Made by a program: the position numbers and the translations under genes. From Verrucomicrobiia bacterium (GTDB lineage: Bacteria > Verrucomicrobiota > Verrucomicrobiia > Verrucomicrobiales > DEV007), in assembly GCA_030432615.1 (NCBI GenBank), contig JAUIGT010000001.1, positions 1-54,637 on the forward strand: a stretch of 54,637 nucleotides of DNA. Reading direction: 5' to 3'. This document shows, piece after piece, positions 47,090 to 54,637 of the stretch. Below the pieces are notes generated by a model. The model did no database searches. It saw only the letters and a list, made by a program, of their open reading frames with translations, and was not told the origin of the DNA. Position 1 is the first letter of the stretch; every line of letters starts with the position of its first letter.

Positions 47090-48346
47090 TCAGAACGGCT
47101 TCGCGCCTTCACGAGCATTGCGCGCGTTGATGGCGTCGAGCCCGGACTGGACAGAGTCCTCGATGCCGCGGGTCAGTCCGTTGACGGCGCGACGGACCCT
47201 TCCGCCTTCGTTCGCCTCGCGCAGCCAGGTGGCGAGATTGATCGGCTCGCCGATGCGAACGAGCGCGTCGCGCGGACCGAAGGGGCGCTCCCAGCGGCCG
47301 AAGAGATCCTCGTGCAACTTCTCCACCGTCTCGGCGAAACGATCCAGGGTCGGCTTTTCCACCACGTAGGGATTGGCGTAGCCGAGGATGCGCATGGCGA
47401 GAATGGCCTCGTCCGCCCACCCCGCGGCGACGCGGTGCTCGGCTTCCTTGGCGGGATCGCTCCGGATCTGGTGGATGGTGGCGCGAATCTTTCGCAACCG
47501 GTCGGTCAGGTCGTCGGGATTCTTCGGCTCCAATCCCATCTTGGCCTCCAATCCGGCGGCGACCCGATCGACGCTGTCTCGCAGCACCTCGGTGAGATGT
47601 CCCTCGCTGATGTCTTCGTCCGGTTTCAGGTAGCCGCGCTGGCGGAGATTCTTGCCCAACAGATCGCGCCCGATGCGGGTCAGTTCACCCACCGACTCGG
47701 CCTCGGGGTCGTGCGCTTCCCCCGTCAGCTCCGCCAGGTCGGCAAGCCGCTCGCGAACCAGCGGCCGGACATCGGTGATATGGCTGAGCTTGATGGAAAC
47801 CGGGACCACGTGAATGGGGCGCTCGTCCCCGAGGTCCTTCTGCGCCTTCAACGCGAGGAAGGCGGCGCCCTCGAGGAAGGGCGTGACCCGGTCGTTGGTC
47901 ATGTAGACGTTCCCTTCCGGAAAGATCGTCAGCCCGAAACGACCGGAGTTCAGCCACTTGAGCGCCTCGGCCATGGACTTGCGGTCGCTGCCCTCGCGAT
48001 CGACGGAGAACGCCCCCGCCCGCTGCATCACCCAGCCGTTGACCCTGCCGCGGAGGAACACGTCGTAGGCGGCCATGTAGCAGGAGGGCGTGCCCATGCG
48101 ACGCTGCACCTCGGTCATGACCTGCGGATCGCTGTGGGTGGAGTGATTCGGAGCGAACAGGAGCCTTTCTCCGCGTTTCTCGATCTCCCGAACCGCGTCG
48201 ATGGCGCCTTCGATCTCGATTTCCCGAATCCGGTGGTTGGGCCCGTGCAGGACCCAGCGGGAGTTGACCCAACGACAGAGGGCCATCATCAGCAGCGAGG
48301 GCCGCGCCGGAAAAAAGCGGTAGGGAGCGTCGCAGAAGTCGAGCAT
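47090..48346 (-). CDS. Glycerolipid acyltransferase (PlsC/PlsB family) with a long C-terminal extension
   Basis: HX4D motif FAPNHSTHSDP and FPEGNVY block. I prefer the start at 48346 (418 aa). An in-frame ATG at 48475 would overlap the upstream gene by about 60 nt. Confidence 0.75.
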   Translation of the reverse strand: MLDFCDAPYRFFPARPSLLMMALCRWVNSRWVLHGPNHRIREIEIEGAIDAVREIEKRGERLLFAPNHSTHSDPQVMTEVQRRMGTPSCYMAAYDVFLRGRVNGWVMQRAGAFSVDREGSDRKSMAEALKWLNSGRFGLTIFPEGNVYMTNDRVTPFLEGAAFLALKAQKDLGDERPIHVVPVSIKLSHITDVRPLVRERLADLAELTGEAHDPEAESVGELTRIGRDLLGKNLRQRGYLKPDEDISEGHLTEVLRDSVDRVAAGLEAKMGLEPKNPDDLTDRLRKIRATIHQIRSDPAKEAEHRVAAGWADEAILAMRILGYANPYVVEKPTLDRFAETVEKLHEDLFGRWERPFGPRDALVRIGEPINLATWLREANEGGRVRRAVNGLTRGIEDSVQSGLDAINARNAREGAKPF

Positions 48347-48413
48347 CGTGGGATCGTTCGCAGGACGGAGGATAGTCGGAAAACCCCTCGGAAGGCCAGC
48401 CCGGAGTTTCAGC

Positions 48414-49208
48414 TCAGGGTTTCTCCGCCGCCTCTTCCGTTTTCTCCTTTTCGGCGGGTTGGGGATCTCGTCCATCGGGACGGGGAAACAGCTCTCGATG
48501 TTTCTCGTAGACCCGACGCAACTCGACGATCGGCGAAGCGTGCTCGTCCACCCGGATGTCGCGAAAACGATCGTTGAGCCCGCCGTATCCCCAGCCCTCG
48601 CGCACCACCAGCAGAGCCGCGCTCTGCTTGCCCCGCTTGTCGCCGCCGGCCGCCTGCCCCGCGTCCAGGGCCGCCAGGAGACGCTCGGCGAGAACGCCTT
48701 CCGACGCCTCGAACGCCTCGGCCATCGCGGTGACCACGCCCTCGCCCGCAAGGATGTTTCCCTGCGCCGCATAGCCGTCGCCCTTGCGCCCTCCGGCCCA
48801 TTCCTGGCACTCGTCGCCGGTAAAGGTCGCGCTGGCCCCGGAGGCATCGACGATGCCGACCTGTCGCGAAGCCCGCCGCGGGTCGGCTCGGGTCAGCATC
48901 TCGATGGCCTGCTCCGGGGTGGAACCGAGTTCGAGGATGGCGAGCCCCACCGGTCCGTAGCGGACATTGGCCCAGGCCTGGGTGGCGATGGCGCCGACCC
49001 CGGCACGCGCCCACGGGACCACCGCGCCCACCCCGACGATGCGCGACTGCACCGCCACCCCAATCTCGCCGGTGTCGCGGTCCACGGCGACGATGGAAAA
49101 GGTGGCCACCGGGGGCGGTGGAGAAGCCACACGCTCCTCCGCGACGAGCAGTCCCGGATTCGCCGCAACGGCAACGGCCAAGCCGAAAAGGCCGAGAAAT
49201 GATTTCAT
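48414..49208 (-). CDS. DUF1028 family (Ntn-hydrolase-like) secreted protein
   Basis: 264 aa with a signal peptide. ATFSIVAVDRDTGEIGVAVQSRIVGVGAVVPWARAGVGAIATQA is typical of DUF1028. Confidence 0.8.
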   Translation of the reverse strand: MKSFLGLFGLAVAVAANPGLLVAEERVASPPPPVATFSIVAVDRDTGEIGVAVQSRIVGVGAVVPWARAGVGAIATQAWANVRYGPVGLAILELGSTPEQAIEMLTRADPRRASRQVGIVDASGASATFTGDECQEWAGGRKGDGYAAQGNILAGEGVVTAMAEAFEASEGVLAERLLAALDAGQAAGGDKRGKQSAALLVVREGWGYGGLNDRFRDIRVDEHASPIVELRRVYEKHRELFPRPDGRDPQPAEKEKTEEAAEKP

Positions 49209-49221
49209 ATCCGTCTTCCTA

Positions 49222-50349
49222 TCAGCCGCGGCGGTATTCGGCCACCTTGAAAGCGCGCCCCATCAGGCCGGGATGGGTCAGGGTCTGGAACTGGCGGAGG
49301 CGCTTGCGATTCGATTCCAGCGCGGCGGCACCGCCGGACTCGATCTCCCGCAACCAGGGCTCGGCCGCCTTGATCAGAAAATGATGCTGGTCCGAGAGCC
49401 CGAACCGCTCGAGCCCGGCGCTGGCGGCCACGCGATCCAGATCGGTGAAGTTCACGTCCGCGGTCAGGTCGATCTCTCCCGGCGTCTTGAACGGATCGTC
49501 GCAGCGGCGATGGTCGCGATATCCGCGCAGGGTGCCGTCGGATCGCTCGGGCGAAAAGTAGTCGTCGGCTTCGCGACCGTAGTCGATCACCCACCAGGCC
49601 CCGCGCTCGAACCAGCGCGCGGCTCCCGCCATCCAGGGATCGATCTCGAGGCAGACTTCGGTGGTGTAGTTTTCCGGCAGGCATTCCGGCCTCGGAATCG
49701 CCTCCGCCGCGGCGGCCAGAGCGCCCGCCGGCTCCAGGGGGGTCGCCACCCAGGCAAACGGGCGGCCTTCCTCGGGATTCCGCCTCACCCGCCACTCCCA
49801 CCAGGCGCCGTTCTCCCGCCGCAACCGGTGCACCGGGAAGGCGTCCAGCAGTTCGTTGCAGAGAAAGAGGCCGACCGAACCCGACTCGGCTTCGTTCGGG
49901 AGCTCGGCGACGATCTCGACGCCTTCGCCATCCTCGTCCTCTTTCAATGCCGCCTCCAATATCCTCCGCCGGCCGGCATCGGGTTCGAAGACGAGATACC
50001 GGACCGTTTCCGCCAAGGGACTGCGCCGTTCCCGGAGACCGTTGAGAAAATCCCGCGCCAGCCGGCCATCGTGGGCGCCCTGTTCCACCACCCGGAATTC
50101 ATCCGGCTCGCCGAACCATTCCCGCCACCGGTGCTCGGCCGCCCAACCGAGGAGAAAGCCGAATCCCTCGCCCACGGAAACGCTGGTGAAGAAATCGCCA
50201 CCGCGCCCGATTTCGCGCCCGCCATCTGTCGCGTAGTAACCGAACTCGCTGTCGTAGAGGCACCGACGCATGTAGTCGGCGAAGGAAATCGATCCCGAAG
50301 GAGCCTCGGAAATGACCTGAAAGATTCGTTCTGCCAGTGGCGTAGTCAT
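49222..50349 (-). CDS. MidA/NDUFAF7-like class I SAM-dependent methyltransferase (DUF185)
   Basis: I prefer ATG 50349 (375 aa). ISFADYMRRCLYDSEFGYYA, VVEQGAHDGRLARD, ELLDAFPVH. Confidence 0.8.
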   Translation of the reverse strand: MTTPLAERIFQVISEAPSGSISFADYMRRCLYDSEFGYYATDGGREIGRGGDFFTSVSVGEGFGFLLGWAAEHRWREWFGEPDEFRVVEQGAHDGRLARDFLNGLRERRSPLAETVRYLVFEPDAGRRRILEAALKEDEDGEGVEIVAELPNEAESGSVGLFLCNELLDAFPVHRLRRENGAWWEWRVRRNPEEGRPFAWVATPLEPAGALAAAAEAIPRPECLPENYTTEVCLEIDPWMAGAARWFERGAWWVIDYGREADDYFSPERSDGTLRGYRDHRRCDDPFKTPGEIDLTADVNFTDLDRVAASAGLERFGLSDQHHFLIKAAEPWLREIESGGAAALESNRKRLRQFQTLTHPGLMGRAFKVAEYRRG

Positions 50350-50433
50350 GAAATTCACGAGACCGGATTGATGTGGGGAGTCGCTTGCCCGCCCGGTGAT
50401 TTGAACGCATAGTGGAACCCCAAATCTCTTTCG

Positions 50434-53088
50434 GTGCCAAAACAATCGGATCCAACCTGGCCGTCACGTTCTGATCTTCTCTCGCCCAAGCGTCGCAAAC
50501 CCAGGCGGCGCGGCAGCTGGATCCTGAAGATCTTCGCGGCTCTCTTCATTCTCGGCGTGGTCGTGGGCCTCACCGGCATGGTCATCGTGTACTTCTACGC
50601 CAAGCCGCGCCAGGAGCTGGCGGAAACCTTCGACTTGAGCGAAATCGATGATCTCGAGGTGGCGAGCGTGATCCTTGATCGCCGGGGTGAGGAGATCGGG
50701 CGCATCTTCGTCCAGAACCGGGAACCGATCTCGGTCGAGGAGGTTTCGCCCAATTTCATCCGCGCGCTGCTGGCTGCGGAAGACGCCCGCTTCTATGTCC
50801 ACGACGGCGTGGATTACGTCGGCATCCTGCGAGCCGTCTGGCTGAACGTCAAGGCGGGCGAAGTGACCCAGGGCGCCAGCACCATCACCCAGCAACTGGC
50901 GCGAAACGCTTTCAACCTCAAGGAGCGCAGCTTGAGCCGAAAGGTTACGGAAGCCTTCCTCGCCCGCCGCATCGAGCGCGAGATCAACGACAAGGACAAG
51001 ATCCTCGAGCTCTACATGAACCGCATCTATTTCGGCAGCGGGTTCTACGGCATCGCGGCGGCGGCCAAGGGCTACTTCGGCAAGGAGGCCAGCGAGCTGA
51101 CGGTTCCGGAGTCGGCCGTCCTTGCCGGCGTGATCCGCAATCCCTACTACCGCTCGCCCTTCAATTTTCCCGACGCCGCCAGGAAAACCCGCGACTACGT
51201 CATGAAGCGGATGTACGAGGAGGACCTGTTGGAGAAGGACCAGTACCAGGCCTTCCTCGACGAACCGCTCGTCACGGCACCCCGGACCTCTGCGTTCGGC
51301 GAATCGAAGTACGTCTACGAGCGCGTCCGCCAACAGGTGATCGAGCTGATCGGTTACGAGCGCGCCTCCGAGGGAGGGTTCGTCATTCACACCTCCATCG
51401 ACAACCAGGTCCAGGTGGCCGCGGAAAAAAGCCTGCGCGCCCGCCTGGACAAGGTGGAAACGCGCCCCGGATATCCCCACCAGACCCGGGATATCTACAA
51501 GGCGGTGAAGGAGAATTTCCTCGAATCGGCCGCGGAAGGTGCCAATCCACCGGCACCCCAGTATCTCCAGGGGGCCGCCCTCATGATCGACAACGACACC
51601 GGGGGCATCATCGCCCTGGTGGGGGGCCGTGATTTCAACGACAGCATGTTCGATCGCACCACCCAGGCGCGACGTCCGCCCGGCACGGCCTTCACCCCGT
51701 TCGTCTACGCCACCGCTTTCGAGAAAGGGCTCTATCCCGGTTCCCTGGTGGAGGATTCCCCCATGGACAACAAGCAGGTCCAGATCGGGGGCGAGGCCGG
51801 CATCCTCGGCGAGTGGGGCACCGAGCGCGAGAGCGTCTACGAGGGCGAGATCACCGCGCGTCGGGCGCTCGCCATGTCGCGGAACGCCGCCACCGTCCGC
51901 ATCGGAACCCGTGCCGGACTCGAAGAGGTGGTCGGGCTGGCGAAGAAGGCCGGGATCACCTTCCAGGGCGACATCCAGAACTTCAACGCCACCTTCCTGG
52001 GCAAGAGCGAAACCTCGATGGAGGAACTCTGCCTCGCCTACACCATTTTTCCCAATCGCGGCCAGCACCCCCGCGGCATTCACATCATCTCCAGCATCGA
52101 GGATTCCCTCGGCGAAACCATCTACGCGCCGGATTTCGCGATGAGTCCCGATCGGCCCATCGATGCCTACACCGCCTTCCAGGTGTCGAGCGTCCTCTCC
52201 GACGCCCTCAAGAGCGGCTCGGGGAAAAAGGCCTACGAGGAATACGGGCTCGGCAGTTTTCCCGTCGCCGGGAAGAGCGGCACCGAATACGGTTTCACCG
52301 ACAACTGGTTCGTGGGCTTCACTTCCGAAGTCACCTGCGCGGTCTGGGCCGGATTCGACCAGCCCCAGACCATCTACCCGGGCGCCTTCTCCACCGACAC
52401 GGTTCTGCCGGTGTGGACGGACATGATGAACGAGGCGGCCCAACGGTTCGAACCGGTGGCCTTCGAGCCACCCGCCGATGCCGTCAGGGTCGAGATCTGC
52501 TCCGTCTCGGGCCAACTGGCGACCGACGCCTGCTACGAGGTCGAACAGAACGGCGCCTCGACGAAACAACGCCGCAGCACCTACATGGAGTATCTCCGGC
52601 CCGGCACCGAGGTCACCGAGATCTGTGGCGTGCACGGCGGACCCGGCGCCGTTCCCCGCACCGGTCCCAGCCGGCGGCCCGACCGCAGCCTCACCCTCAA
52701 CGACGACGAGGGCGGCGTCCTGCGGGCCACCGTGGTGCAGACCAATGCCGATCCCATCGTCCCGGTGGGCGCCACCGTGGTCGGAATCGATCCCTACCAG
52801 AGCCTGGCGCCAGTCCTGCGCGCCCAGGTCGTGGTCGCCAAACCCGATCTCGTGGCCACGCCCATGGAGGAAGGGATCGAGGACGGCGAGACGGGAGACA
52901 CGGAAAACGAACGCGAATACCGCGAGCTGGACACCACCGCCATCCTCCGGGCCGAGCCCACCGTGGACGCTCCCACCGCCATTCCCGTGGCCCGGCCACT
53001 GGGCTCCTCGGCAGAAGAGGACGACGGCCCGGCCTCTCCGGAGACCGGCATCGAATTGCCGGCACCGAAGCCGATCGAGTTTGATTGA
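50434..53088 (+). CDS. mrcA: Class A penicillin-binding protein (PBP1A: glycosyltransferase plus transpeptidase) with a low-complexity C-terminal tail
   Basis: 884 aa with a GTG start as listed. GT51 motifs EDARFYVHDGVD and GASTITQQLARN. Transpeptidase motifs include KSGT. Confidence 0.9.
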   Translation: MPKQSDPTWPSRSDLLSPKRRKPRRRGSWILKIFAALFILGVVVGLTGMVIVYFYAKPRQELAETFDLSEIDDLEVASVILDRRGEEIGRIFVQNREPISVEEVSPNFIRALLAAEDARFYVHDGVDYVGILRAVWLNVKAGEVTQGASTITQQLARNAFNLKERSLSRKVTEAFLARRIEREINDKDKILELYMNRIYFGSGFYGIAAAAKGYFGKEASELTVPESAVLAGVIRNPYYRSPFNFPDAARKTRDYVMKRMYEEDLLEKDQYQAFLDEPLVTAPRTSAFGESKYVYERVRQQVIELIGYERASEGGFVIHTSIDNQVQVAAEKSLRARLDKVETRPGYPHQTRDIYKAVKENFLESAAEGANPPAPQYLQGAALMIDNDTGGIIALVGGRDFNDSMFDRTTQARRPPGTAFTPFVYATAFEKGLYPGSLVEDSPMDNKQVQIGGEAGILGEWGTERESVYEGEITARRALAMSRNAATVRIGTRAGLEEVVGLAKKAGITFQGDIQNFNATFLGKSETSMEELCLAYTIFPNRGQHPRGIHIISSIEDSLGETIYAPDFAMSPDRPIDAYTAFQVSSVLSDALKSGSGKKAYEEYGLGSFPVAGKSGTEYGFTDNWFVGFTSEVTCAVWAGFDQPQTIYPGAFSTDTVLPVWTDMMNEAAQRFEPVAFEPPADAVRVEICSVSGQLATDACYEVEQNGASTKQRRSTYMEYLRPGTEVTEICGVHGGPGAVPRTGPSRRPDRSLTLNDDEGGVLRATVVQTNADPIVPVGATVVGIDPYQSLAPVLRAQVVVAKPDLVATPMEEGIEDGETGDTENEREYRELDTTAILRAEPTVDAPTAIPVARPLGSSAEEDDGPASPETGIELPAPKPIEFD

Positions 53089-53175
53089 TCGAGGGCACCC
53101 CTTTCGGACGGGTTCACGCGAGCAACAGGCTCAGGCTGCCCGCCTTCTCTGTTCCCGCCTCGAATTTCTCCCAAG

Positions 53176-53205
53176 AAAAACGGCGAGCCGTCCGGCTCGC
53201 CGTTT
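53176..53205. terminator. Bidirectional terminator-like hairpin between the convergent PBP1A and HU genes
   Basis: aaaaa-cggcgagcc-gtcc-ggctcgccg-ttt: a 9-bp perfect stem flanked by an A-run and a T-run. Confidence 0.6.
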
Positions 53206-53293
53206 CCGCAAATGAGTTTTGCTAGTTGAGGTTGCGTAGGGGTTTTTGGAGGGGAAACGACAAATGGCTTCCCGCCCGGCAAAAACCGGTGGA

Positions 53294-53569
53294 TTACAGA
53301 GAGCCCTTCAGCGTCGAGGACGGAGTGAAGCCAACGGTCTTGGAGGCCTTGATCTTCATCGCCTCGCCAGTCTTCGGGTTGCGGCCCATGCGGGCGGCGC
53401 GCTTCTTGACCTTGAAGGTTCCGAAACCGATCAGTTGAACGGCTCCATCTTTTTTCACACCTTTGGCGATCGCTTCGAGCACTGCGGCAACTGCATCTTC
53501 CGCGGCACGCTTGGAAGTGTCTTTGCCAAGAGCTTTCTGCACTGCTTCTACAAGTTCTCCCTTGTTCAT
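53294..53569 (-). CDS. hup: HU family DNA-binding protein
   Basis: MNKGELVEAV...LIGFGTFKVKKRAARMGRNPKTGEAMKIKASKTVGFTPS. I prefer ATG 53569; the track starts one codon earlier at a GTG. Confidence 0.9.
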   Translation of the reverse strand: MNKGELVEAVQKALGKDTSKRAAEDAVAAVLEAIAKGVKKDGAVQLIGFGTFKVKKRAARMGRNPKTGEAMKIKASKTVGFTPSSTLKGSL

Positions 53570-53711
53570 CACTGCTTTTCTAATTCAGCTCGCCGCCCTC
53601 GTAAAGCCTTGATTCGGGCGGAAAACCCTTAAGATAGCCAAAATAACGGTTTTTCGGCCCATTTTTGCCGTTTTTTCCCGCATTTTCTTTCTCATCAATC
53701 GCGTTAACCCA

Positions 53712-54263
53712 ATGAAACCCCCGATTTGCCCCTATCTGGGCGATTCTCCCGAGATCGCCCCATCCGCTTTCATCGCCCCCGGCGCCGTGGTTCTGGGAGC
53801 CGTTCACCTCGGCGAGGAGGCCAGCGTCTGGTATGGATCGGTCCTTCGTGCGGATATCGAACGCATCACCATCGGCCGGGGCAGCAATCTGCAGGACGGC
53901 ACCATCGTCCACCTCGCCAGCGACCGCGGCACCGTGGTCGGCGACTACGTCACCTGCGGGCATCGCTGCCTGCTTCACGCCTGCACCATCGGCGACGAGG
54001 TCCTCGTCGGCATGGGTGCCACCGTGATGGACGGCGCCGAAGTCGGTGCCCGCAGCATCATCGGCGCCGGAGCGCTGGTGACGAAGAACCAGGTCGTTCC
54101 TCCCGGATCGCTGGTCCTCGGTTCCCCCGCCAAGGTGGTGCGGTCACTCACGAAGGAGGAACAGGAGGGCATCCGGCACTGGGCCGAGAAATACATCCAG
54201 GTGGCCCGAGAACACGCGGCTCATCTCGCCGGCGAGACCGGAAACGGAAAACCCGCGAATTAA
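53712..54263 (+). CDS. Gamma-carbonic-anhydrase-like hexapeptide-repeat protein (YrdA/PaaY family)
   Basis: 183 aa. Left-handed beta-helix repeats and SVWYGSVLRADIERITIGRGSNLQDGTIVH. Confidence 0.85.
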   Translation: MKPPICPYLGDSPEIAPSAFIAPGAVVLGAVHLGEEASVWYGSVLRADIERITIGRGSNLQDGTIVHLASDRGTVVGDYVTCGHRCLLHACTIGDEVLVGMGATVMDGAEVGARSIIGAGALVTKNQVVPPGSLVLGSPAKVVRSLTKEEQEGIRHWAEKYIQVAREHAAHLAGETGNGKPAN

Positions 54264-54322
54264 CACTTTCGGATTCCGCCGGAACCGTTTTAGGTTGAGA
54301 TTCGTTTCGCTCCACTCTCGCC

Positions 54323-54637
54323 ATGGATAAATCCGTCGTCGAAATCGAAGTCAAAGCGGTGCTGCCCACCAGCGGCGGATGCGCCGTGTTCCTCGGCGAC
54401 GAGCACAAGGTCTTCGTGATCTACGTCGATCAGGCGGTGGGCGCGGCGATCACGATGTTCATGCATCACACTCCCAAGCCGCGGCCCCAGACTCACGATC
54501 TCTTCGCGGACGTCCTCACCGCTCTCGGCGCGCACGTCCAGCGGGTCGTCATCAACGATTTCAGCGAGAGCGTCTACTACGCCCGCCTCATCATCGAGGC
54601 TTCCAACGAACTCGACCAGAAGAAGATCGTCGAGATC
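54323..54637 (+). CDS. Bifunctional nuclease family protein (DUF151), N-terminal part; runs off the right edge of the window
   Basis: Not in the track because it is truncated. ATG 54323. My translation: MDKSVVEIEVKAVLPTSGGCAVFLGDEHKVFVIYVDQAVGAAITMFMHHTPKPRPQTHDLFADVLTALGAHVQRVVINDFSESVYYARLIIE. Confidence 0.75.
   Translation, partial: MDKSVVEIEVKAVLPTSGGCAVFLGDEHKVFVIYVDQAVGAAITMFMHHTPKPRPQTHDLFADVLTALGAHVQRVVINDFSESVYYARLIIEASNELDQKKIVEI

Noticed and set aside
48346-48475. Longer acyltransferase start at ATG 48475 with an Arg/Lys-rich N-terminus (PKRRKRKRRRRNPE)
   Set aside because: It would overlap the 3' end of the DUF1028 gene by about 60 nt. The extension appears to be the alternative-frame reading of that gene's Lys/Glu-rich tail. 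The ATG at 48346 gives a normal N-terminus ahead of the acyltransferase domain.
1-54637. tRNA, rRNA, CRISPR arrays, transposases, integrases and prophage genes
   Set aside because: Intergenic spaces are short, mostly under 250 nt. I saw no cloverleaf-like or T-loop consensus sequences, no regularly spaced direct repeats, and no recombinase motifs in any frame.

Overview
High-GC, densely packed chromosomal segment whose gene content points to the PVC superphylum, most likely Verrucomicrobiota. Markers are a DUF1501 / DUF1549-DUF1553 pair, DUF1080, TAT-exported Gfo/Idh/MocA and xylose-isomerase-like TIM-barrel proteins, a BNR sialidase and PVC-type secretin-like modules. I call 43 protein-coding genes covering almost the whole window, two of them absent from the ORF track: a truncated ispH at the left edge and a 34-aa bS22-like gene. 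Housekeeping genes include ispH, mscL, mutM, hisG, tkt, ftsK, manA, yggS-like, prc, PBP1A and HU. I found no rRNA, tRNA, CRISPR array, transposase, integrase or phage genes, so this looks like core genome rather than an island. Many long ORFs in the track are shadow ORFs typical of high-GC DNA, and several true starts lie downstream of the listed start. I saw no recognisable complete novel system (defence or otherwise). The most notable observations: (1) a ~73-nt double-hairpin palindromic element sits inside two adjacent coding regions, and its identical 24-mer arm is translated in two different frames; (2) an orphan intrinsic terminator with a UUCG loop lies in a divergent intergenic region, suggesting an sRNA or attenuator; (3) an AraC-flanked operon encodes a TAT TIM-barrel enzyme, a DJ-1/PfpI protein, a pentahaem cytochrome c and a beta-propeller dehydrogenase-like protein; (4) mutM is translationally coupled to an orphan DNA methyltransferase with permuted motif order; (5) a 940-aa protein carries two tandem secretin-like modules plus LysM; (6) a TPR-like protein is fused to a peroxiredoxin. 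All functional calls rest on motif recognition by eye; no database search was run.
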